From Elusimicrobiota bacterium (GTDB lineage: Bacteria > Elusimicrobiota > Elusimicrobia > UBA1565 > JACRDR01), in assembly GCA_041694815.1 (NCBI GenBank), contig JBGFSC010000049.1, positions 1 to 64,000 of the forward strand: 64,000 nt of DNA, in the 5' to 3' direction. Shown one piece after another: positions 17,319-27,548 of the stretch (the first letter of the stretch is position 1; each line of letters starts with the position of its first letter). Under the pieces are notes generated by a model that saw nothing but the letters and a program-made list of their open reading frames with translations, did not search any database and was not told where the DNA came from. Position numbers and translations under genes: made by a program.

Positions 17319-17340
17319 ATGGCATAAAAATGGCAGAAAT
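17319..17340 (+). repeat. Putative integrase arm-binding sites, right
   Basis: ATGGCATAAAAATGGCAGAAAT. Confidence 0.6.
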
Positions 17341-17429
17341 GCAAACAGCCCAAAAAGCGGTCGGAGAAGCCGCCCACCCCGGGCGCGGGCTTCTCCGACG
17401 ACGATTTGAGGTTTTTTAGGCGGAAAAAT

Positions 17430-17506
17430 TGGTGGCGCGTAGGGGATTTGAACCCCTGATCTCTGCCTTGAGAGGGCAGCGTCCTAGGCCGCTAGACGAA
17501 CGCGCC
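17430..17506 (-). tRNA. tRNA-Glu (anticodon CTC), CCA encoded
   Basis: GGCGCGTTCGTCTAGCGGCCTAGGACGCTGCCCTCTCAAGGCAGAGATCAGGGGTTCAAATCCCCTACGCGCCACCA folds as a cloverleaf. Confidence 0.96.
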
Positions 17507-17584
17507 ACGAGATCGGTCGGACGCCTATTTTAACAATTTTACGACGGCAGGGGAACAGGCATGGTTTTTGCTATCATGCCGGCG

Positions 17585-18031
17585 GTGCAAATTCGACCGC
17601 TATTGTTGTCGCCTCTTCTGTTCTGGGGCTGCGCCCCGCTGCAGGGTCCCGACGACTCCGCCGCCGTCGCCGGGCCGACCCAGGTGAAGGCCCCGGGGGT
17701 GCGCCGCGTCGGCGTTTATCTCGAGGCCGTCGGCCGCGGGCGCCCCGATCCCTCCCTTCCCCTGGAAACCCAGCGCCGCTCCGGAAGCCGGGACGCGGCC
17801 ATACTCGACGCCCGGGGGCGCTTGAGTGAATACCTGCGGCGCCTGCCCGCCGACGGCAAGACGGTCGGCCAGAAGGCGGACGCCGAGGCCGCCTGGCGCG
17901 AGCGCCTGCAGAAGGCCTTGGCTGTCGCCGAGATACTCGAGACACGCTGGAACGACGACGGCACGGCTACCGCGCGGTTGCGGGCGGAGGAATCTACCAT
18001 CCTTGAAGTGTTAGGAGTCCGAGAAAAATGA
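17585..18031 (+). CDS. Lipoprotein, LPP20-like
   Basis: Lipobox-like LLFWGC; coupled (ATGA) to the peptidase gene. Confidence 0.55.
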   Translation: MQIRPLLLSPLLFWGCAPLQGPDDSAAVAGPTQVKAPGVRRVGVYLEAVGRGRPDPSLPLETQRRSGSRDAAILDARGRLSEYLRRLPADGKTVGQKADAEAAWRERLQKALAVAEILETRWNDDGTATARLRAEESTILEVLGVREK

Positions 18032-19878
18032 CCACCGCCGTTTCGGCGCCCAAGATCATCCCCCGCGAGCTGCTCTTCGGCAATCCCGAGCAATCCTCGG
18101 CCCAGATATCCCCGGACGGCCGCATGCTGGCTTACCTCGCGCCGGAGGAGGGGGTGCTCAATGTCTGGATCGCGGACCTCTCCTACGGTAGGCTCGCCGG
18201 CGCTAGGCCGATCACCAAGGACCGGGGCCGCGGGATCCGCTCCTACTTTTGGGCCGAGGATAACCGAAGCGTGATCTATCTGCAGGACAAAGACGGCGAC
18301 GAGAACTGGCATCTCCACCAGGTCGACGTCGCCAGCGCGATGGTCCGCGACCTGACCCCCTTCTCCGACACCCAGGCGCATGTGATCGGCACCGACCCCG
18401 AGTTTCCGGACGAGATGCTGGTGGGGCTCAACCTGCGCGACAAGCGCCTCCACGACGTCTACCGCGTCAGCCTCAAGACCGGCACGGCGGTGCTCGAGGT
18501 GGAAAATCCGGGCGACGTTGTCGGCTGGCTGCACGACCCTCGTTTTCAGATCCGCGCCTGCAAGGCCACGCGGCCGGACGGCGGCTCCGAGCTGCGGGTG
18601 CGCGACGCGGTGGACTCCCCGTGGCGCGTGCTGGAGTCCTGGGGCCCCGACGACCATGGCGGCGCCCATGCCTTCACTCCGGACGGCAAGGGCCTTTACC
18701 TGGAAAGCAGCCTCGATTCGGACACGACGAGGCTCTGGGAAAGGCCACTGTCGGGGGCGCCTGCCAGGCTCATCGCGCATCGCCCCGACGTGGACGTGGG
18801 GGCGGCGATCCTGCACCCCCGCAAGCGGCACCTGCAGGCCGTCGGCTTCGAGGCCGAGCGCGTTGAATGGCAGGTAATCGACGAGGACATCCGCGCGGAT
18901 TTCAAGGCCCTGGCCTCGGCGGCGGAAGGCGACTTCCAGATCGTCAGCCGGGATGATTCGGACGCGCTCTGGGTCGTGCTGTACAATTTCGACCGCCGCC
19001 CGGCCTCGTATTATCTCTACGATCGCCGCTCGCGCATGGCGGGCTTCCTGTTCACGACGCGGCCCAAGCTGGAGGGCGCCCCGCTGGCCGCCATGACGCC
19101 GGTGGCCATCACGGCTCGCGACGGGCTCAAGCTGCGCGGCTATCTGACCCTGCCCCCGGGGCAGCCCTCCAAGAACCTTCCCCTGGTCTTGAACGTGCAC
19201 GGCGGGCCTTGGGCCCGGGACATCTGGGGCTATCACCCGGAGGCCCAATGGCTGGCCAATCGGGGATATGCCTGCCTTCAGGTCAATTTCCGCGGTTCGG
19301 TGGGCTTCGGCAAGAAATTCATGCACGCCGGCGACCGGCAGTGGGGCGCCAAGATGCAGGACGATCTCACCGACTCGGTCAAATGGGCGGTGGATCAAGG
19401 GATCGCGGACCCGAAGCGCCTCGCCATCTACGGCGGCTCCTACGGCGGCTACGCGGCCCTGGCGGGGGCGGCCTTTACTCCCGGGCTCTATGCCTGCGCC
19501 GTCGACATCGTCGGGCCCTCCAACATCGCGACGCTGATCCGCTCCATCCCGCCTTATTGGGAGCCGCTGCGCCGCATCTTCGACCATCGGGTGGGCAATG
19601 TCGACACCGAGGAGGAGTTCCTCAATTCCCGCTCGCCTCTGTTTAAGGCGCACGAGATCCAGATCCCTCTGCTCATCGCTCAGGGCGCCAACGACCCGCG
19701 GGTCAAGCAGGCCGAATCGGAGATGATCGTCGAGGCGCTGCGCGCCAGGGGCAAGCCGGTCGAGTACCTCCTGTTCCCGGACGAGGGGCACGGCTTCGCG
19801 CGCCCGGAGAACCGTCTCAAGTTCTACGCCCAGGCCGAGGCCTTCCTGGCCAAGCATTTGGGCGGCCGGCAGCAATAA
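18028..19878 (+). CDS. S9 family peptidase (acylaminoacyl/dipeptidyl aminopeptidase)
   Basis: VHGGPW, GGSYGG nucleophile, GANDPRV, DEGHGF; N-terminal beta-propeller. Confidence 0.95.
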   Translation: MTTAVSAPKIIPRELLFGNPEQSSAQISPDGRMLAYLAPEEGVLNVWIADLSYGRLAGARPITKDRGRGIRSYFWAEDNRSVIYLQDKDGDENWHLHQVDVASAMVRDLTPFSDTQAHVIGTDPEFPDEMLVGLNLRDKRLHDVYRVSLKTGTAVLEVENPGDVVGWLHDPRFQIRACKATRPDGGSELRVRDAVDSPWRVLESWGPDDHGGAHAFTPDGKGLYLESSLDSDTTRLWERPLSGAPARLIAHRPDVDVGAAILHPRKRHLQAVGFEAERVEWQVIDEDIRADFKALASAAEGDFQIVSRDDSDALWVVLYNFDRRPASYYLYDRRSRMAGFLFTTRPKLEGAPLAAMTPVAITARDGLKLRGYLTLPPGQPSKNLPLVLNVHGGPWARDIWGYHPEAQWLANRGYACLQVNFRGSVGFGKKFMHAGDRQWGAKMQDDLTDSVKWAVDQGIADPKRLAIYGGSYGGYAALAGAAFTPGLYACAVDIVGPSNIATLIRSIPPYWEPLRRIFDHRVGNVDTEEEFLNSRSPLFKAHEIQIPLLIAQGANDPRVKQAESEMIVEALRARGKPVEYLLFPDEGHGFARPENRLKFYAQAEAFLAKHLGGRQQ

Positions 19879-19947
19879 AATCCAACGCCTCTGTCGCGGC
19901 GCGCTATTGACAAGCCCTTGACGGCCTGTTATCTATTGAAATAGTCC

Positions 19948-20751
19948 ATGAAAATGCGCGTGATTCTGTCGCTGGCTGCCGGCCTGGTCGTCGCTATTTC
20001 AACGGCCGAAGCCGAGGAAAAAGCGCAACGCCCCCCCGCCATTGTCCTCGATGCCGGCCACGGCGGCAAGGATTACGGGGCCGTCATCAAGGGCCGCTAC
20101 GAGAAGACCTTGTCCTTGGCCATCGCCAAAAAGCTCAAGAAGCGCCTGGAAAGCGCGGGGCACTCCGTCCGCATGACGCGGGAAGACGACAGCCACGTCG
20201 CCTTGGACCGCCGCGTTCGCTCCGCCTCGGACGGCTCTCTTTTCGTCTCGCTGCACCTCAACGATCTCGGCGACGAGCGTATGAAGGGCATCACGGTTTA
20301 CAGCTTCGGCAAGAGCGGGCAGAGATGGACGCCCGTCTTCCGCAGCCTGCCCCCCCTGCCCGCGCCTCCCCGCGCGGCGGTCCAAGCGAGCGCGGAGCTG
20401 GCCTCCGCGGTGGCGCGGAGCCTGCGCTCGAGAGGCTTCGAGGCCGCGGCCCCAGAACGCGGGGAATATTACGTGCTCAAAAATCCGTCTTCGCCTTCGA
20501 TTCTCATTGAGATGGGCTGCCTCAGCAACCCGGAGGAAGCGGCGCGGCTCGGCGACGCCGGGTACCAGGATCGGCTCGCCGAAGCGCTGTCCTTAAGCCT
20601 GCGCGAATATCTCGCGCAACAGAATACCGCGGTTGCGACCGCGCGCACCGTTCGCGAGCCGGTAAATACCGATCGGCTCGCGCAAGCGCGGGGCGCGGAA
20701 GCGCCTGACAGGCTTAAGCCTCAGACCGCGCTGATCAGCCATAAGAAGTAG
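19948..20751 (+). CDS. N-acetylmuramoyl-L-alanine amidase (Amidase_3)
   Basis: LDAGHGGKDYGA, EK, SLH, ILIEMG zinc ligands; signal peptide. Confidence 0.88.
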   Translation: MKMRVILSLAAGLVVAISTAEAEEKAQRPPAIVLDAGHGGKDYGAVIKGRYEKTLSLAIAKKLKKRLESAGHSVRMTREDDSHVALDRRVRSASDGSLFVSLHLNDLGDERMKGITVYSFGKSGQRWTPVFRSLPPLPAPPRAAVQASAELASAVARSLRSRGFEAAAPERGEYYVLKNPSSPSILIEMGCLSNPEEAARLGDAGYQDRLAEALSLSLREYLAQQNTAVATARTVREPVNTDRLAQARGAEAPDRLKPQTALISHKK

Positions 20752-22110
20752 AAATCGAAACATTGCGCCGCTTTCCGGCTCCGAATGATCAATGGCGAAA
20801 TATGCCTGATTCCAACCTTCGATCGATATAGGCTCCTTTAACGACGGGAAAGGCAACAGGCGGCCTGGGGGTAATAGGCCAAAAGCGAAATAGTGCGCCT
20901 TGCGGGCAAGGGAGTCCGAGCAAAAAATGGGGCGACGGAGCTTCGTAGCCCATTGGCTGAATTGCAATTCCCGAGCGTTAGCTACGGTGCTCTGGCAGCT
21001 GATATCGTTTTGGATCAGAGAGCTAAAATTCGCCAACAGCCCGCAAAGGATGACGCCCCGCACACCCCGCTGAGCCCATCCGGCGGATTTTTGCGGCGAT
21101 AACGATGGTATCAGCACGATCGCGACCGCTACGAAGGGCAATAACATGAACAGGTGATAGATACCACGGCCAGCGAGCGTAAAAGAGGAAAGAAAATAAA
21201 CTCCAGCGATAGGGACCGCGACGAAGACGAGTCTCGACGACATCCTTTGTTCCCGATGCCACAATATAACGAGCGCACAGGCGCAGATAAGAATCGCGGG
21301 CAACCAGTAGCGAGCGGGAGCGAACACCGTCGGAAGCTGGGTCGTTCGAATCCACAAATTGTCCAAGACCCTGACATTCCCCAGGCCGCCATCCCCTATG
21401 GCATGCAGCACGTTTTTCGCCGGCTGCCACTCGAATAATAAGTTGCCCAACGCGAACGGAATTGACCCCAGGCTGATGAGAATCAGCGAAAGGCCAAGCG
21501 TTCTCACATCACCCAGCCCTGCGGCGCCTAGTTGCTTACGAAGTCGAAACACGACAAATCCCCACGCGGCGAAAAGCGCTAAGGCAGTTTGATGGAAGCC
21601 GAGGCTCAGGCCGATGGCGGCGCATGAGAGGTACCAGCTATTCCGCACCCGGCGGATGCAAGCCTCCGCCAGGAACGCAAACGCAAGCACGCCCAGTGCC
21701 ATGGCGGGAAGACCGTAAATTGCCCCCATACTCACGGACGAGATGATGCCCGGAAAGGTCGGCAACAGGAAGGCACAGGCCGCGGAAAGGAGAAAATCAC
21801 GGGTAAGAAGCATGGCGAGACGGTACGTCGCATAGCTGAGCAGCACCGCCCAGAAGACCGCATGTAATTTCAATGGCAACATCTTTCCGGGCGCCAGGCC
21901 GATGAACGGGTATGAGCTGTAACACGAAAACGGCCCAGTATAATATACGAAGGCCAACGGCACCGGACGGCCAAAAAGCCGTATGCCCCAAGGAACATCG
22001 TAGCTTACCGACGGCTGAAAGAAAGCCGTGGCCGTCGAGGCCGACCATGCCTCATCGTCGCTCAGCCGCCAGGTGGGCTTCACCCACGTGAAAACCACCG
22101 CGAAAGCCAA
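20593..22110 (-). CDS. Multi-TM protein, putative GT-C (ArnT/PMT-like) glycosyltransferase
   Basis: DDEA after the first TM, YTGP motif, many TM segments; start uncertain; 3' overlap with amidase. Confidence 0.5.
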   Translation of the reverse strand: MAFAVVFTWVKPTWRLSDDEAWSASTATAFFQPSVSYDVPWGIRLFGRPVPLAFVYYTGPFSCYSSYPFIGLAPGKMLPLKLHAVFWAVLLSYATYRLAMLLTRDFLLSAACAFLLPTFPGIISSVSMGAIYGLPAMALGVLAFAFLAEACIRRVRNSWYLSCAAIGLSLGFHQTALALFAAWGFVVFRLRKQLGAAGLGDVRTLGLSLILISLGSIPFALGNLLFEWQPAKNVLHAIGDGGLGNVRVLDNLWIRTTQLPTVFAPARYWLPAILICACALVILWHREQRMSSRLVFVAVPIAGVYFLSSFTLAGRGIYHLFMLLPFVAVAIVLIPSLSPQKSAGWAQRGVRGVILCGLLANFSSLIQNDISCQSTVANARELQFSQWATKLRRPIFCSDSLARKAHYFAFGLLPPGRLLPFPSLKEPISIEGWNQAYFAIDHSEPESGAMFRFLLLMADQRGLRLKPVRRFRAPRLREPIGIYRLANGARGRNRGILLREIFAQA

Positions 22111-22138
22111 AACAATACAAAGAACTGCGGTCTTAACT

Positions 22139-22939
22139 TTAACGCCCCCGACCTTTGATCTTCAACGCGCGCGGCAGGTCGTCGTCCTCTTTCTTCGGGG
22201 CCTGCCTGGTTTCCCGCGGATTTTCGGCCAGGAGTATCATGTGGAAGGAGTTGAGGCCGTAGGGCGTCCCGTTGAAGCGTCCCCAGACCTGCTTGAAGGC
22301 GAGCCCCGTTTCCTTAAAGAGCCGCAGCATCTCGGTGAGCGCGTAGAGCCGGAAGCCGGCCGGCACCCGCCTGGAATGGCGATGCCCCTCCAGCCTCCCG
22401 CTTTCGAAATGGAAGCGGATGCCGGACTGCTCCGGCACCTCGTGGAGGTGGCGCATCACCCAGTCCCGGTTAACCAGCTTCATGAGCAGCTTACCGCCCG
22501 GCTTGAGGGCCCTGCGGATGGAGGCCAAGGCCTGCAGGTCGTCTTTCTCATGAAGGTGATGGCCGAAGGAGGGATGCCGGGCCAAGATCGCGTCGAAATC
22601 CCCGGAATAAGGGATATTGCGCATGTCCACCTTCATGAAATGGCAGAAAAGGGCCTCGGATTTGGCCTCCCCCCGAGCCTGGCGTAGCGCCTCCTCGGTC
22701 AAGTCGACGCCGAGCACGCGGTGGCCGCGGCGTGCGAGCTCGAGCGTCTCCTGCCCCGCGCCGCAGCAAAGGTCGAGGATGCGCGAGCGGGGCTCCAAGT
22801 CCAGGATGCGGGCGATCGCGTCGACGCGGGCGGCCACCCATTCCGGGGGGCGCAAAAATGTCGCATCCTCGAAACAATCCTTCCACCAGGCGGTCTTTTC
22901 AGGGAGGGAACGGGAAGGCTCGGTCTTCACCGCGATCAC
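22139..22939 (-). CDS. Class I SAM-dependent methyltransferase
   Basis: ILDLCCGAG, VLGVD, FDAI, LKPGG. Confidence 0.9.
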   Translation of the reverse strand: MIAVKTEPSRSLPEKTAWWKDCFEDATFLRPPEWVAARVDAIARILDLEPRSRILDLCCGAGQETLELARRGHRVLGVDLTEEALRQARGEAKSEALFCHFMKVDMRNIPYSGDFDAILARHPSFGHHLHEKDDLQALASIRRALKPGGKLLMKLVNRDWVMRHLHEVPEQSGIRFHFESGRLEGHRHSRRVPAGFRLYALTEMLRLFKETGLAFKQVWGRFNGTPYGLNSFHMILLAENPRETRQAPKKEDDDLPRALKIKGRGR

Positions 22940-23065
22940 CGTCGATATTTTACAAAAATAACACTTGTGTTTTTTCCGGCATTTGATAAAATGACGGTGT
23001 TCTCGAAAGGGAACCCCTTCCCCGAACGGGGCTGGGACTTAAAGCAGTGAGAGGTAACCCGTACA

Positions 23066-23272
23066 ATGAGCGTAAAAGGCAAAGTGAAGTGGTTCAACGA
23101 CCAGAAGGGCTATGGTTTCATCACACCTGAGGATGGATCTCCGGATGTGTTCGTTCACCATACCGCCATCCAGGGAGAAGGCTTTCGAAGCCTTTCTGAG
23201 AACCAGTTGGTGGAATTCGACATTCTCCAATCGGAGAAGGGTCCGAAGGCCGCCAATGTCGTGAAGCTCTAA
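23066..23272 (+). CDS. cspA: Cold-shock protein
   Basis: GKVKWFN, KGYGFI (RNP1), VFVH (RNP2). Confidence 0.96.
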   Translation: MSVKGKVKWFNDQKGYGFITPEDGSPDVFVHHTAIQGEGFRSLSENQLVEFDILQSEKGPKAANVVKL

Positions 23273-24462
23273 TCCGAGCTGAGCGACCGAACAAGCCCGC
23301 CCCCGACGTCCGGGGGCGGGCTCTTTTTTGGCGGTAATTCCTCGCCGGCCCCGTGGCGCACCTTTTCGATCTTGGCGACCGCGGCTTCGAGTCGCTTGTA
23401 GCTGATGTCCGTTATTTCCTGGTAGGCGTCCTGCGCCTTGCCCAATTGCTCGCCCAATTTGGCGAAGCGTTCCTTGAATTTCTCGTAGGCCTGCTGGAAG
23501 GCGCCGATCAGCTTGACCACCTCGTGGGTCGCCTGGGCAAAGTGAAAATTGTCGTAGGACTGCCGGATCACGGACAAGACGGCGTATAGCGTAAACGGTG
23601 AGCAGAGCACCACTTTCTGGGCCAAGGCCTCATCGAGCAGCCCGGGCGAGGCCTCCTGCAGGAAACCGTACACCTGCTCGTTCGGGATAAATAATAGCAC
23701 GTAGTCCAGGGTGCGTTCGTCCGGATTAATGTATTCGCGCTTCTGGATCTCGCGTATCCTCGCCTTAGCATCGCGTATGAATTCGGCCTTGTACCTGTCT
23801 CGCTCCTCCTGCCCCGAGGCGTTCGTCATCCGCATGTAGTTGTCGAGCGGGAATTTGACGTCCATGTGGAAGCGATGCTGGTCGGGCAGCAGGAAGGTGT
23901 AGTCGGGACGGGTGGAGACCGTCTCCTGCATCTTGTTCTTGAGGTACTGCACGTTCTCCTGCAGGCCGGCGGCGCGCAATATGTCCTCCGCCATACGCTC
24001 CCCCCATTGCCCGCGGGTCCGCGAATTCGTCAGCAGGGATTGGAGGCTCTCGGTAGCGGCCCCGAGCCGGTCCGTGGTCGAGACCGCCTTGCGCAGCTGT
24101 TCCTCAAGGGAGCCGTACTTCTGCTGCCGGTCCTTCTCGAACTCCCGGATCAGGTCCTCGTAGGCCTTGAGCCGCTCGGAAAGCTTGCCGACCGCGTTTT
24201 CCACCGCCTGGCGCCGCTCGTCTAATTCCGCTTTGGAGCGGACCTGCTCGGTCTCCAGCCGGCTGGCGGCCAGCTTGAGCAGCTGATCGCTGGAGGCCGC
24301 CAAGGCCTTCTGGGCCAATTCCGCGAAATGGGCCTTGAGCTCCTCCTTCTGCTGGACCATCTCGGCCTCGGACTTCTTGCGCAGCGAAAAAGCCAGGGCG
24401 TAGAACCCGAGTGCTCCGAACGCCGCGCCGGCCAGCGCCGCGGCCAAAACCCAAAGGATCAT
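23269..24462 (-). CDS. rmuC: DNA recombination protein RmuC family
   Basis: N-terminal TM, coiled coil, RGQWGE, RPD, DVKFPL, LFIPNE; start moved to ATG 24462. Confidence 0.9.
   Translation of the reverse strand: MILWVLAAALAGAAFGALGFYALAFSLRKKSEAEMVQQKEELKAHFAELAQKALAASSDQLLKLAASRLETEQVRSKAELDERRQAVENAVGKLSERLKAYEDLIREFEKDRQQKYGSLEEQLRKAVSTTDRLGAATESLQSLLTNSRTRGQWGERMAEDILRAAGLQENVQYLKNKMQETVSTRPDYTFLLPDQHRFHMDVKFPLDNYMRMTNASGQEERDRYKAEFIRDAKARIREIQKREYINPDERTLDYVLLFIPNEQVYGFLQEASPGLLDEALAQKVVLCSPFTLYAVLSVIRQSYDNFHFAQATHEVVKLIGAFQQAYEKFKERFAKLGEQLGKAQDAYQEITDISYKRLEAAVAKIEKVRHGAGEELPPKKSPPPDVGGGLVRSLSSD
23294..23329 (+). terminator. Intrinsic terminator after cspA
   Basis: 12-bp stem AGCCCGCCCCCG/CGGGGGCGGGCT followed by CTTTTTT. 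Confidence 0.85.
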
Positions 24463-24995
24463 TTGGGCGCCCTCGGCTTCCTGGCCCCGTCTGCCTTCTG
24501 GAGCATGGACAATTCGGCCAGGGAGAGATGGTCCCCCTTGCAGATCTTGCCCGCCTCCAGATACAGCGACAGCTTGGCCAGGCAGTCCTCCCAATGCTGC
24601 CTCCAAAGCCCCAGATGACGGCGCTGGGAGGCGGCCGCGGAGAACCCCGCATGGAGCAGGGTCACTCGGCAGCGCCCGCGCCCCTGCCCTTCCAGGAAAA
24701 AATTGACGAGCGGAGGAGCCGCGGTAGCCGGCTTCGAAGAACCCCAAAGCCACGCCGCCTTGCGCCCCGGCTCGAGGTCGACGAACTGTCCCCGCGCCTC
24801 GCGCAGCGGAGAAGCGGAGGCGGACGGCCAGACCATGCGCAGGCGGCCGGCGTTGCGGGCCTCGGTCTCCGCCCGCTCGAGCCACCAGGCGCAGAGCTCG
24901 CGCGCCGAGGTCAGGCAGGAGAAGACGCGCTCGGGGGGAGCGGCAAGATCGACGCCAATGCGGATATCACAATGCTTGAATCTCGGCGCGGACAT
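24459..24995 (-). CDS. SRPBCC/AHSA1 domain protein
   Basis: AAPPERVFSCLTS...LCAWW...VTLLHAGF...W..CLAKL. Confidence 0.8.
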   Translation of the reverse strand: MSAPRFKHCDIRIGVDLAAPPERVFSCLTSARELCAWWLERAETEARNAGRLRMVWPSASASPLREARGQFVDLEPGRKAAWLWGSSKPATAAPPLVNFFLEGQGRGRCRVTLLHAGFSAAASQRRHLGLWRQHWEDCLAKLSLYLEAGKICKGDHLSLAELSMLQKADGARKPRAPK

Positions 24996-25075
24996 TGGGG
25001 GGACCGCGCTATTGTAACATGAATGCGACGAACCTGCCAGACCGCGAGCCGTTTCCCCCGTGCGGCGCGGGCCTG

Positions 25076-25753
25076 CTAAAGGGGCTCACCCGCCGGGCCT
25101 TCCTTGAGCAGCTTGAACGACTTGATCATCTGGTAGAAATGGCTCTTGTAGCGGTCGTAGCCATCGCGGGTGGCGGGATAGACCAGCACGTAAAAGCCCG
25201 TGTTCATGGGCAAGATCACGTACCCGTGCCTCTGGCGCACCACCGGCACGCCACGCTCGTCCTTGACCAATCCCATCGACATGAAGGCACCGCGCGGGTA
25301 GAGGTTGTTGTAGACGACGAAATGATACCCTTGCCAGCCCGACACGCTAATAAGGCTCTTGTCGGGCAGCAGCCGCCCCTGCGCTAAGGCCTTGTCCTGC
25401 TCGGCGTCGGGGCCGGCCTTCATGTAAGCCTCCGGCCCGTAGACGTCGCGCATCATCTGGTCGATGAAATCCTGGTAGGAGGCGTAGGACTCGCGAACGC
25501 CCCCCCGTATCCAATGCGGCGCGTTGTGCGAGTACCAGCGGACGCTGATGCTCGGCTTGCCGCGGTAGAAGGCCGGATCGAAGGGGCCGGTGAAGGTGAC
25601 GTTGGTGTAGTCGACCTCGTCGCCCTCGGCGTATATGGACCAGCCCCAGGGGACGCGGCAGCTGAAATCGCCCTGGCGGGAAAGGTAGGGGACGGATTTC
25701 GGCGCGCAGGAACCCAGGGCCAAGGCGAGCGCGCACAGCGGCCATACTCTCAT
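25076..25753 (-). CDS. Hypothetical lipoprotein
   Basis: Lipobox LALGSC. Confidence 0.6.
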   Translation of the reverse strand: MRVWPLCALALALGSCAPKSVPYLSRQGDFSCRVPWGWSIYAEGDEVDYTNVTFTGPFDPAFYRGKPSISVRWYSHNAPHWIRGGVRESYASYQDFIDQMMRDVYGPEAYMKAGPDAEQDKALAQGRLLPDKSLISVSGWQGYHFVVYNNLYPRGAFMSMGLVKDERGVPVVRQRHGYVILPMNTGFYVLVYPATRDGYDRYKSHFYQMIKSFKLLKEGPAGEPL

Positions 25754-25769
25754 AGAGGGCGTTAAACCG

Positions 25770-25841
25770 AGCCCGCGGGGAGAATCGAACTCCCGACCTA
25801 CCGCTTACAAGGCGGTTGCTCTACCGCTGAGCTACGCGGGC
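25770..25841 (-). tRNA. tRNA-Thr (anticodon TGT), CCA not encoded
   Basis: GCCCGCGTAGCTCAGCGGTAGAGCAACCGCCTTGTAAGCGGTAGGTCGGGAGTTCGATTCTCCCCGCGGGCT. Confidence 0.95.
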
Positions 25842-25902
25842 AGCCATCCTATTCTAGCGGATAAATCCACCGGCCGCCATAATCTAAAACTATAATTCAA
25901 GG

Positions 25903-26439
25903 GTGGTGATCCTGTTCCATAAACCCTACGGCGTCGTATCGCAATTCACGCCGCTGGCGAAGCACCGCTCACTCGCCGATTTCGGGCTGCCGAAAGGGGT
26001 CTACCCCGCGGGACGGCTCGATGCCGACAGCGAGGGCTTGCTGGTGTTGACGGACGACGGGGCGCTGCAGCACCGCCTAAGCGACCCCCGCTTCGATCAC
26101 CCTAAAACCTATTGGGCCCAGATCGAACGCGTCCCGAACGAGGAGGCCCTCCGCCGATTGAGGGCCGGCGTGCGCTTGAGCGACGGGCGGACCCGGCCCT
26201 GCCAGGCCCGGCTCTTGGACCCCTCGCCCGCCCCCGAGCCCCGCGCGCCCCCGATTAGATTCAGGAAAAACGTTCCTACCGCCTGGATCGAATTGACCCT
26301 GACCGAGGGTCGCAACCGCCAGGTCCGGCGCATGACGGCCGCCGTCGGGCATCCGACCCTGCGGCTCATCCGCGTGCGGGTGGGCCCCTACGAGCTCCGC
26401 GGCCTTGCGAGCGGAGAATGGCGCGCCTGCCGGCGATGA
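25903..26439 (+). CDS. rluE: rRNA pseudouridine synthase, RsuA/RluE family
   Basis: GRLDADSEGLL, KTYW, PPIRFRK, EGRNRQVRRM; no S4 domain. Confidence 0.85.
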   Translation: MVILFHKPYGVVSQFTPLAKHRSLADFGLPKGVYPAGRLDADSEGLLVLTDDGALQHRLSDPRFDHPKTYWAQIERVPNEEALRRLRAGVRLSDGRTRPCQARLLDPSPAPEPRAPPIRFRKNVPTAWIELTLTEGRNRQVRRMTAAVGHPTLRLIRVRVGPYELRGLASGEWRACRR

Positions 26440-27427
26440 CCCCCAAGCCGAAGGAGCCGGCGGCCAAAGCGGCGGCGCCCATCCCCACGACGAACCTAGG
26501 GGGCCGCCGTCCATCGCTCCCATCGGCGGCGTAAGCCTTCGCGAAGGGCGCCGCCACGAGCTGGGCGCCGGGAGCCGGCTCGATCGGCCTACCCTTCGAG
26601 AGCGCGTGGACGCGGGTGAATTCCGCGCCGAAGAGGAGAATTTGAGAGGAGTAATAGACCCACAAGAGCACGATCACCAGCGATCCCACCGCCCCATAGC
26701 TCGAGCCTACTCCGCTGTGGCCGAGATAGAGCCCGATGAGCGTCTTGCCCACCGTAAACAGCAGGGCCGTGAAGAACCCGCCCACCCAGACGTCGCGCCA
26801 TCGCAGGAGCACGTCGGGAAGCACCTTGAAGATCGCCGCGAAGAGGGCGCCGATAATGCACAGCGAGACCAGCGCGTTGAGCCATTGCCAGAGAGCCTCG
26901 CTGCCGGGGATGGCGCCGCCGAGCAGCTCCGAAAACGCGGAGATCGCGGCGCTGACCACCATGGACACTAGCAGCAGGAAGGCGATCACGACCACCATGC
27001 CGAACGACCATAGCCTCTTTCGGATCGTCTTCCATAAGCCCGCGTCCGGCCTCGGACCAACCTTCCATACGATATTCAGCGATTCCTGCAGCTGCCCGAA
27101 AACGCGCGAGGAGCCCAATGCCAGCGCCGCGACGCCGAGCAGCGTCGCGATCCAGCCGCCGCCGCGCCGGCGGCCCGCCCCTCTCACCATGGCCTCGATC
27201 GCCTCGGCGCCCTGGTGCCCGATCAAGCCGCTGATGGCCTCGAAGATGTCCTCGCCTCCCCGCTCGCCGAAAACGAGGCCCGCGACGCCGATGGCGATAA
27301 CGAGCAGCGGCGCGATCGAAAACACCGTGTAAAAGGCCAGGGCCGCTCCCATCAGGGGCGCCTTGTCGGCCGAAAATTCCCGGAGGGACCGCCGCAATAG
27401 GCGCCGCGAATTATTGAGGGCCCGCAT
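26366..27427 (-). CDS. YihY/virulence factor BrkB family membrane protein
   Basis: GAALAFYTVFSIAPLL, SYGAVGSLVIVLLWVYYSSQILLFGAEF. Confidence 0.9.
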   Translation of the reverse strand: MRALNNSRRLLRRSLREFSADKAPLMGAALAFYTVFSIAPLLVIAIGVAGLVFGERGGEDIFEAISGLIGHQGAEAIEAMVRGAGRRRGGGWIATLLGVAALALGSSRVFGQLQESLNIVWKVGPRPDAGLWKTIRKRLWSFGMVVVIAFLLLVSMVVSAAISAFSELLGGAIPGSEALWQWLNALVSLCIIGALFAAIFKVLPDVLLRWRDVWVGGFFTALLFTVGKTLIGLYLGHSGVGSSYGAVGSLVIVLLWVYYSSQILLFGAEFTRVHALSKGRPIEPAPGAQLVAAPFAKAYAADGSDGRRPPRFVVGMGAAALAAGSFGLGVIAGRRAILRSQGRGARRGPPARG

Positions 27428-27548
27428 CGGGGTCATTATAAGCAGCGCCTAGGCCGCTGCCCATGAATGAACGGTAAAGGCTTCGTGGCATCTTGATTAC
27501 GCCGGCGCCATGGACCCTCCGGCGACGGCTCCATTATGATGTCGGCTG

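Larger units (their letters stand above)
11082..17474. mobile_element. Integrative element (~6.3 kb) inserted in the 3' half of tRNA-Glu
   Basis: Identical 53-bp direct repeats at 11082-11134 and 17422-17474; encloses a tyrosine integrase and excisionase; cargo visibly lower in GC. Confidence 0.9.

Noticed and set aside
17716..19875. 719-aa minus-strand ORF, and similar long shadow ORFs (e.g. 47112-49208, 30106-31419, 36070-37407)
   Set aside because: Antisense or alternate-frame ORFs expected in GC-rich DNA, overlapping well-supported genes and lacking motifs
24463..24885. N-terminal extension of rmuC
   Set aside because: Out-of-frame overlap with the SRPBCC gene; ATGA coupling supports 24462
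25770..25841. Island integrated at tRNA-Thr
   Set aside because: No duplicated 3' end or integrase seen nearby
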